IMG/VR virus record: IMGVR_UViG_3300045988_157988
Coordinates: 1-42,984 of that record
Length of the DNA stretch: 42,984 bases
Origin: a virus
Direction: 5' to 3' (one strand)
Of the stretch, positions 37,418 through 42,984 are shown in pieces (the first letter of the stretch is position 1; every line of letters starts with the position of its first letter). A program made the translations under genes and the position numbers. The notes beneath the pieces were generated by a model. It had not been told where the DNA came from and ran no database searches. It worked only from the letters and a program-made list of their open reading frames with translations.

Positions 37418-37621
37418 ATGGTCGCTGAATATATTAAAAGAATGTATAAGGAAGATACAGAATTATCCGACAAGATTTTTAAAGCTGAAAGAGGACTTAA
37501 AACGCTTGATTTAGACAAGAGAGAAAAAGAACTTTTAATATCTCAAGTGCAAAAGATGAAAGCATATCAAGAAGTTTTACAAGCAAGGATAAAATATGCG
37601 ATTGAAAAAGGAAAGAAATAA
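37418..37621 (+). CDS. Small helical protein (67 aa) downstream of the holins.
   Basis: ATG at 37418 behind GGTGGA. Confidence 0.4.
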   Translation: MVAEYIKRMYKEDTELSDKIFKAERGLKTLDLDKREKELLISQVQKMKAYQEVLQARIKYAIEKGKK

Positions 37622-37683
37622 TACAAGATTTGCATATAGTGTAGTATGCAACTAAAAATAAAGAAATACACGTCAAGCTGAAA

Positions 37684-37719
37684 AGTGGTATGTGATAATT
37701 AGTTGCATACCACTTTTTA
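37684..37719 (+). terminator. Rho-independent terminator after the holin block.
   Basis: Stem AGTGGTATG/CATACCACT followed by TTTTT. Confidence 0.55.
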
Positions 37720-37792
37720 ACTAAAGAAAGGTTATTTTTAATCACTCTAAAACTTTTTAAGTTACTTATAAGAAATTTTAATATAAAAATTG

Positions 37793-37820
37793 TTGACTTT
37801 TATAAAAAAAGTGGTATAAT
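37793..37820 (+). promoter_or_regulatory. Strong sigma-A promoter: TTGACT, 16-nt spacer, TGgTATAAT (extended -10), driving the DUF3800 gene.
   Basis: TTGACT at 37793-37798 and TATAAT at 37815-37820 with a TG at -15/-14. Confidence 0.65.
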
Positions 37821-37909
37821 ATATGTACAGATAGCGATATACTATACTGTGTACAGCAAGGAAGTGAATTAGAGTTTAAGCGTACTTTTAAGTACGTCAT
37901 CTTGTTGGG

Positions 37910-37933
37910 AATCGTCCATTAGGACGATTTTTT
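37910..37933 (+). promoter_or_regulatory. Terminator-like hairpin plus U-tract in the 5' leader, immediately upstream of the DUF3800 RBS; candidate attenuator.
   Basis: Stem AATCGTCC/GGACGATT (8 bp) with loop ATTA and then TTTTTT. The RBS AGGAG lies 6 nt further on. A second hairpin sits at 37880-37897. Confidence 0.45.
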
Positions 37934-37948
37934 ATTATAGGAGTTAAT

Positions 37949-38638
37949 ATGAATTTGTATGTTTATTCTGATGAATCAGGAGTTTTTGATTATATAAATA
38001 ATAAGTATTTTATATTTGCAGGAATAATCCTTTTTTCTAAAGAAGAAAAAGAAAATTTAGAAAGAAAATATAGAACTATAGAAAAAGATATTTATAAAAA
38101 TAATAACTATGTTGGAGAATTAAAAGCTAAAGTTTTGAAATATAAAGAAAAACGTAGATTATATAATATTTTTAAAAATGCAAATAAATTTTGTTGTATA
38201 ATAAAACAAGAAAAGATTTTAAAAAATATATATTCTGATAAAAAAAGTAAACAAAGATACTTGGATTACGCTTTTAAAATATCGATAAAAGAAGCTTTTA
38301 AAAGTATGATAAAACAAAATTTAATAGATGAAAATGAAATAGATAATATTATAGTATATTGTGATGAACATACAACGGCTACAAACGGAAAGTATGAACT
38401 TAGGGAAGCCTTGCTAAACGAGTTTAAGCGCGGAACTTTTAATAGAGAATGGAATATATTTTATGAACCGTTATTTAAAAATATGAAAGATGTAAAATTA
38501 AAATATTGTAATTCAGAACATACTACTTTAGTAAGAGGAGCTGATATAATAGCTAATAAAGTATATGCAATAGCTGTAAATGAAAACTGGGAAGTTTTAA
38601 GGAATTTAGAAAACATGAATATAAAAAAATTACCATAA
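37949..38638 (+). CDS. DUF3800-family protein (moron inside the lysis cassette).
   Basis: N-terminal LYVYSDESG and C-terminal CDEHTTA...LVRGADIIANKVY match the two conserved DUF3800 motif regions. 229 aa. Has its own promoter. Confidence 0.6.
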   Translation: MNLYVYSDESGVFDYINNKYFIFAGIILFSKEEKENLERKYRTIEKDIYKNNNYVGELKAKVLKYKEKRRLYNIFKNANKFCCIIKQEKILKNIYSDKKSKQRYLDYAFKISIKEAFKSMIKQNLIDENEIDNIIVYCDEHTTATNGKYELREALLNEFKRGTFNREWNIFYEPLFKNMKDVKLKYCNSEHTTLVRGADIIANKVYAIAVNENWEVLRNLENMNIKKLP

Positions 38639-38686
38639 AGCAATTATCAAAAATGATAGTTGCTTTTTTAATGCAAGAAAGGGAAA

Positions 38687-39598
38687 ATGACTATGAATAA
38701 AAACGATAAAATGATTGGGTGGTTCAAAGAAAGACAAGGCAAAGTAACTTATTCAATGAATAATAGAACGGGGAGCAAGAGTTATGACTGTTCAAGTGCT
38801 GTATATTATGCAGTGTGTGAGGCTTTAGGTTTGAAAGTTGAATATCCAAAGAATACAGCAACTTTACCAGAGTGGCTTTTGCGAAATGGCTTTGAAAGAA
38901 TTGCTGTAAATAGTGAGTGGACGGCTGAACGTGGAGATATAGTAATTTGGTCTAAACGTAAAGGTGTTGCTGGAGCAGAGGCACATACAGGAATTTTTAC
39001 AGATAATTCTCATATCATACATTGTAATTATAATGCAAATGGAATAAGCGAAAATACTGAAAATAGCTTGTCAAGTTTATATAATTGGTATTATGAAGTA
39101 TTTAGATTAAACGACAACAGCCCTACTTGGCAATCAAATTCTACAGGTTGGTGGTATGAACATTCAGACGGAAGTTATCCGCAAAGTGAATGGAAAAAAA
39201 TAGACAATGAATGGTACTATTTTGACGAAAAAGGTTACGCTTATCAAAATAAATGGCTTAATTATGAAAATAATTGGTACTATTTTGATAATAGCTGTAA
39301 AATGTGTTTTGGCAAATGGAAGTACATTCAAGAAACTTGGTATTACTTTGATAATGACGGAATAACTTATCAAAATAAATGGTTAAAATATAAAGATAAA
39401 TGGTACTACTTTGATAATAGTTGTAAGATGTTGAAAGATACATTTTTTAATGCAGGAAACGAAAGATTTTATGTAAATAGTGATGGTATTTGCGATTTGT
39501 CTTATACTAAGAAAATCAACAACAAAACTTATGCTTTTGACGAAAGAGGAGCTTTGATAACAAGCAAAGTTATAAACGAAAAAGGCGAAATAGAATAG
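38687..39598 (+). CDS. Endolysin: Amidase_5 (Pal-like N-acetylmuramoyl-L-alanine amidase) with C-terminal choline-binding repeats.
   Basis: The N-terminus GKVTYSMNNRTGSKSYDCSS...ERGDIVIWSKRKGVAGAEAHTGIFTDNSHIIHCNYNANGIS aligns with the pneumococcal phage Dp-1 Pal amidase motifs. The C-terminus has four or more W-Y-Y-F-D repeats (CW_binding_1). Confidence 0.8.
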   Translation: MTMNKNDKMIGWFKERQGKVTYSMNNRTGSKSYDCSSAVYYAVCEALGLKVEYPKNTATLPEWLLRNGFERIAVNSEWTAERGDIVIWSKRKGVAGAEAHTGIFTDNSHIIHCNYNANGISENTENSLSSLYNWYYEVFRLNDNSPTWQSNSTGWWYEHSDGSYPQSEWKKIDNEWYYFDEKGYAYQNKWLNYENNWYYFDNSCKMCFGKWKYIQETWYYFDNDGITYQNKWLKYKDKWYYFDNSCKMLKDTFFNAGNERFYVNSDGICDLSYTKKINNKTYAFDERGALITSKVINEKGEIE

Positions 39599-39618
39599 GG
39601 GCTATCAAGCCCCTTTTT
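39597..39618. terminator. Terminator hairpin between the convergent lysin gene and the minus-strand cassette.
   Basis: Stem AGGGGCT/AGCCCCT, loop ATCA, then TTTTT. Confidence 0.6.
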
Positions 39619-39988
39619 ATTTTTCGAATTTTATTATATTTTCAATATCAAAATTATATTCAGTAGTTGCAAATTCTATTTCTATAAATCCATCTTTTAA
39701 TTCTTCGACTTCTTCTCTTGTAAAAAATTCATTTTCTATAATTTCTTCAAAAGGAAGAATATCTTCATCTTTATATAAATAAAACTCAACTTTACCATTA
39801 CAATTTACAAAAGTTTTTAAAATACAATTTTTATTTTCATTAAATACTTCAAATTCACACAATCTATCATTTTCTTTCCAATCAAAATGTGTTCCGTCGT
39901 TGCCGTTCATATAACGAATTACACTTTCTTTTTTTAAAATTTCATTTATTTTATCTCTCAATTTAATTAATTGTTCTTTCATTTTCAA
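39617..39988 (-). CDS. Hypothetical acidic protein (123 aa), accessory cassette gene 4.
   Basis: Has its own copy of the palindrome-containing promoter. RBS GGAAAGGGGAT. Confidence 0.55.
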   Translation of the reverse strand: MKMKEQLIKLRDKINEILKKESVIRYMNGNDGTHFDWKENDRLCEFEVFNENKNCILKTFVNCNGKVEFYLYKDEDILPFEEIIENEFFTREEVEELKDGFIEIEFATTEYNFDIENIIKFEK

Positions 39989-40014
39989 AATCCCCTTTCC
40001 TTATTGTAATTATA

Positions 40015-40042
40015 TTATAACATATTATTAATAATATGTCAA
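40015..40042 (-). promoter_or_regulatory. Consensus sigma-A promoter TTGACA, 16-nt spacer, TATAAT, with the 20-bp perfect palindrome ACATATTATTAATAATATGT (40020..40039) in the spacer. Copy 1.
   Basis: Minus-strand -35 at 40042..40037 and -10 at 40020..40015. The palindrome was read directly from the sequence. Confidence 0.65.
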
Positions 40043-40062
40043 TACTTTTTTTACAACTTTTT

Positions 40063-40269
40063 TTAAAATTTTTTTAAATTTTCTTTAATTAATTCTTGCA
40101 ATTCTTCCAAATCCTCTTTTTTAGCTAATGCTCGTATAAAACCCCTAGCATTAGAACGTCTGTTTAAATAGTTTTTGTATTCTTTATTTTTTTCAATCCA
40201 TCTTTTGTCAGCTTCTTTTTGTTGTTGAGCAGTTTTGTAACCTTTTCTTTTTTTATCTTTATTCTCCAT
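40063..40269 (-). CDS. Small basic protein (68 aa, K/R-rich); candidate DNA-binding regulator.
   Basis: Last gene of a three-gene minus-strand operon. The GGAGG RBS lies 13 nt upstream of the ATG. Confidence 0.45.
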   Translation of the reverse strand: MENKDKKRKGYKTAQQQKEADKRWIEKNKEYKNYLNRRSNARGFIRALAKKEDLEELQELIKENLKKF

Positions 40270-40270
40270 T

Positions 40271-40570
40271 TTATTTTAAAATCCTCCAAAATTTTTGAAA
40301 AATATTTTGTGCTTTTTCAATTTCAACAAAATTTTCAAAAACATCTTTGCTTAGCGTTGCATCACTCTTGATAACTATATGATGAAAGAAATTACTTTGA
40401 TATTTTGAATTTTCATTATCGTACATTGTAACGATACAATCACAAGCATTTTTATCTAAATCTATAAAGTATTCTTTTTTATTGAATACAATTTTTATTT
40501 TTTGAGTTTTCCCACACTCGAAATCGCTTAAAAATATAGTTTCTTTTTGTAAATCAAATTCTTTTTTCAT
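40271..40570 (-). CDS. Hypothetical protein (99 aa).
   Basis: RBS AAGGAGAT. Middle gene of the operon. Confidence 0.5.
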   Translation of the reverse strand: MKKEFDLQKETIFLSDFECGKTQKIKIVFNKKEYFIDLDKNACDCIVTMYDNENSKYQSNFFHHIVIKSDATLSKDVFENFVEIEKAQNIFQKFWRILK

Positions 40571-40588
40571 AATTTTTTATCTCCTTTT

Positions 40589-40960
40589 TTAATAAATTTT
40601 AACATTACACATTTCATGCATTTTCATAAAAGAATGTTTTTTAAAAGTACATTCACTATTTAATTGTTCTTCTGACAAAAATTCTAAATCTTCAAAAGTT
40701 ATATCATCTTTTTCAAAAAATAAGTTTTCAAATTTTTGTGAATTACTATTATAAGTTTTGAAATATTTTCTTTCTATTTCTGCATTCAAGCAATAAGCCC
40801 AGCTGTGTTCATCTCTCAAAACTCCAAATTCACATTTGAAATCGGGTACATAAATGACTTTATTTTTAGCAACAGCTATAACAAATGTTGAAAATCTTTC
40901 TCCACTTTTAGCATATAGTACATTATCAATTGCAAATCTAACTTTAACACTTTCTTTCAT
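40589..40960 (-). CDS. Hypothetical protein (123 aa), first gene of the minus-strand operon.
   Basis: Preceded by the identical promoter/operator/RBS module (GGAAAGGGGAT). Confidence 0.55.
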   Translation of the reverse strand: MKESVKVRFAIDNVLYAKSGERFSTFVIAVAKNKVIYVPDFKCEFGVLRDEHSWAYCLNAEIERKYFKTYNSNSQKFENLFFEKDDITFEDLEFLSEEQLNSECTFKKHSFMKMHEMCNVKIY

Positions 40961-40990
40961 TTTTATATCCCCTTTCCTTATTATATTTAT

Positions 40991-41019
40991 ATTATAACAT
41001 ATTATTAATAATATGTCAA
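40991..41019 (-). promoter_or_regulatory. Second copy of the promoter: TTGACA, 17-nt spacer, TATAAT, with the same 20-bp palindrome at 40997..41016.
   Basis: About 60 nt of near-identity with the 39985-40045 copy, differing by one A. Confidence 0.65.
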
Positions 41020-41064
41020 CACTTTTTACAAAAAAAATTGAAAAAATTTAAGATTTTTTTATTG

Positions 41065-41092
41065 TTTTTTTTGTTACTTTTTTGTTACTTAT
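41065..41092. repeat. Tandem TTTTTTGTTACTT repeats; candidate integrase arm-type site (one attP arm).
   Basis: TTGTTACTT occurs at 41071 and 41083. It recurs at 41231 on the other side of the int terminator. Confidence 0.35.
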
Positions 41093-41198
41093 ATGCCTAT
41101 TTTTTACACTTTTCAAGTAAAAGTTAAGTTAAGTAAATATTGAAATCAAGCTATTCAGTAACTTTGCAAACTTAACTCAAATATGTTAAAATAATAAT

Positions 41199-41226
41199 AA
41201 AGCGTTGTAATATCAACGCTTTTTGT
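41199..41226. terminator. Bidirectional terminator hairpin downstream of int.
   Basis: Stem AGCGTTG/CAACGCT flanked by an A-run upstream and a T-run downstream. Confidence 0.5.
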
Positions 41227-41248
41227 ATTTTTGTTACTTTTGTGTTAT

Positions 41249-42241
41249 TTATTTTAAAAGATTGATTGTATCTCTAAGCTCATCAAGTGTCTTGTGAGTA
41301 TATACTCTATTACCTACATCTTTACTTTTATGACCCATTAGTAAGTCGATACATTTTTGATTACCTCCTGCACTATCTAATTTACTTCTAAATGTATGTC
41401 TTGTTTCGTGCACTGTATGATGAGGGAATATTTTTTTAAAGTTAGCGCAAAAGGTAACTTTTTTATAATTGTTTATTAAATATTTATTATCTTCGTTGTA
41501 AAATTCTTGTACTATATCAAAGATATAATTGTGAATTGGTATTATTCTGTTTTTTCCGTTTTCTGTTTTTATTCCACCCTTTATAGTTCTTTCTTCAAGA
41601 TTGATATTTTTGTTTTCTATTTTAAAAAGTTCACTTCCTCTCATTCCTGTATAGAGTAACAATAAAATTACTTTGTATGTTAAATTTTGCCTATTATTTT
41701 TAACTTTTTCTATTTCTTCATCTGTTAATATCGTTCGAGTTGTTTCAGGTGTTTTATCAGTAGTTAATAACGATGAATAACTAACTTGTATTATTTCAGT
41801 TTCTAAAGCTAATTTGTCAAGATGATTAAATAAGTTTTTTATTTGTGATTGAGTTGAATAACTTAAATTACTGTTATCTATTATATCTTGTATATCATAA
41901 GACTTTATTTCACGATATACCTTATCATAAAGTGGTTTAACGTGATTGTTATATGCTGATATTAAGCATTTTTGATTACAAATACCTAGTTTATTTAATT
42001 TCTTTTCGTAAAACAACTCCCATAACTCTTTTAAAGTGGTTGTTGACTTGTCTAGGTCATAAGGATTTTTATTATATTCAGCAAGGGCAATATTTGCCTC
42101 TTGTTTTGTTCTATAATAGCCGATTGGCTTTATAATTTGCTTTCCGTCATCACTCCAACCCACAGTGATTTTAGCCATATATGGGTTACGTCTTTTTCCT
42201 GATAGCTTTACAACACTACCGTATCCGTTAGGGTTTCTCAT
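41249..42241 (-). CDS. int: Tyrosine site-specific integrase.
   Basis: C-terminal catalytic region HETRHTFRS...LLMGHKS...VYTH with the R/H-x-x-R/Y pattern. 330 aa, at the edge of the lysogeny module. Confidence 0.85.
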   Translation of the reverse strand: MRNPNGYGSVVKLSGKRRNPYMAKITVGWSDDGKQIIKPIGYYRTKQEANIALAEYNKNPYDLDKSTTTLKELWELFYEKKLNKLGICNQKCLISAYNNHVKPLYDKVYREIKSYDIQDIIDNSNLSYSTQSQIKNLFNHLDKLALETEIIQVSYSSLLTTDKTPETTRTILTDEEIEKVKNNRQNLTYKVILLLLYTGMRGSELFKIENKNINLEERTIKGGIKTENGKNRIIPIHNYIFDIVQEFYNEDNKYLINNYKKVTFCANFKKIFPHHTVHETRHTFRSKLDSAGGNQKCIDLLMGHKSKDVGNRVYTHKTLDELRDTINLLK

Positions 42242-42359
42242 AAAAAAATAGCACTTCCTTTCTTGTCTTTTTTAAAGAAAAATGCTATAATAATCTTGTC
42301 TAGGGATAATATAGCATATTATCTTAAATTAGCTCTCTTATGAGGGCTTTTTTTATTGT

Positions 42360-42893
42360 TTATTTTAAAACCTTTCCGTCATCTGTTTTATAAACTCCGT
42401 CTTTATACATATAGAATTCTTTTTGCTCATTTACTGAAAAATCTTGATTAAAAGTAGCTTCTATTATTAGGCTTGATGTATTTATATAGTAATCTTTTCC
42501 GTTATCTAAAGATAAAACGATATAGTTAATTCCGTTTTCTTTAAGTAAATTATCTAAATATTGTAAAATTTCTTTATGATTTTTTTCTTCAAAAATTATT
42601 GAAGTTGTTATTATTTTTGCAAAACCTTTACATTTTTTTGTTTGATTTTTTAAGATTGCTTTTATATTGTTTTGTTGTTTTTGTTCTTCTTCTTTTTTTC
42701 TTTTTTCTTCGTTTGCTTTTTGTTGCTCAGCAAGATGTTGTTGTTTTTCTTTTTCTTCTTTCTTTTCTTCAACTTTTTGTGTTGGTTGTTGTTTTTGTTC
42801 TGTTTGTTTAACTTCTTCTTTCTTTGTTTCTTGCTTTCCACAAGCTACTAACATTGTACTTGCTAACAATAACATTAAAAATCTTTTTTTCAT
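42360..42893 (-). CDS. Lipoprotein with a KE/Q-rich low-complexity linker; Ltp-like superinfection-exclusion candidate.
   Basis: Signal peptide plus lipobox MKKRFLMLLLASTMLVAC|GK, then a K/E/Q repeat region, then a globular C-terminus. Located between int and cI. Confidence 0.6.
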   Translation of the reverse strand: MKKRFLMLLLASTMLVACGKQETKKEEVKQTEQKQQPTQKVEEKKEEKEKQQHLAEQQKANEEKRKKEEEQKQQNNIKAILKNQTKKCKGFAKIITTSIIFEEKNHKEILQYLDNLLKENGINYIVLSLDNGKDYYINTSSLIIEATFNQDFSVNEQKEFYMYKDGVYKTDDGKVLK

Positions 42894-42984
42894 TTCTTCC
42901 TCCTAAAAATTAAATTTATATTAATTATAGTGAAACACCATAATATACAACCTTACCTAAAATTTCAGGTACGCTCATTCCATC
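42866..42984. repeat. Right copy of the 119-nt terminal repeat.
   Basis: Identical to 1..119. Confidence 0.9.

Noticed and set aside
42242-42359. Promoter for int or a terminator between the lipoprotein gene and int.
   Set aside because: Only imperfect -35/-10 candidates and an imperfect hairpin (AGCTCTC...GAGGGCT) are present, so nothing is reported.
1-42984. Looked for CRISPR arrays, tRNA or rRNA genes and IS or transposase genes.
   Set aside because: There are no spacer-interspersed repeats; the only tandem repeats are the short iterons at 8700-8797, which have no spacers. No GC-rich cloverleaf-like segments or transposase ORFs were seen. A manual scan cannot fully exclude a tRNA.

Overview
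This window appears to be a complete temperate siphovirus-type (pro)phage genome of roughly 42.9 kb from a very AT-rich, low-GC Gram-positive host. The first 119 nt are identical to the last 119 nt, so the record closes on itself and the unique length is 42,865 bp. The minus-strand genes at the right end (integrase, lipoprotein) and the repressor at the left end therefore form one contiguous leftward lysogeny arm.

Gene order, starting from the lysogeny arm:
- **Lysogeny and switch:** tyrosine integrase, an Ltp-like lipoprotein, an S24-peptidase CI-like repressor, a divergent consensus switch promoter pair, a Cro-like gene and a Bro-N/KilAC antirepressor.
- **Recombination and replication:** an SbcC/SMC-like ATPase, RecT, an MBL-fold hydrolase, SSB, a replisome organizer carrying internal iterons, and RusA.
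- **Early block:** about 10 small hypothetical genes, then YopX, DUF3310, a MazG-like protein and an ArpU-like late regulator.
- **Packaging:** a ParB-like nuclease and an SplB/COG1533-like radical SAM protein, then TerS and a PBSX-type TerL.
- **Head:** portal, a MuF-like protein with a long C-terminal extension and an overlapping small ORF, scaffold and major capsid protein.
- **Tail:** connectors, major tail protein, G/T-like chaperones, a 1440-aa TP901-type tape measure protein, Dit, a Tal with a C-terminal S74 chaperone domain, and fiber/baseplate proteins.
- **Lysis:** BhlA-like and phiLC3-type holins and a Pal-like Amidase_5 endolysin with choline-binding repeats.

The more unusual parts are these:
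1. A DUF3800-family moron with its own extended -10 promoter and a terminator-like leader hairpin sits between the holins and the endolysin.
2. A minus-strand accessory cassette of four small genes is driven by two copies of a consensus promoter with a 20-bp perfect palindrome in the spacer.
3. A ParB-like nuclease and a radical SAM protein sit upstream of terS, with an A10 tract splitting the radical SAM reading frame.
4. The MuF-like protein's C-terminal extension plus the small downstream ORF resemble a polymorphic-toxin/immunity arrangement.
5. Iterons lie inside the replication gene.
6. A candidate attP with arm-type repeats lies next to int.
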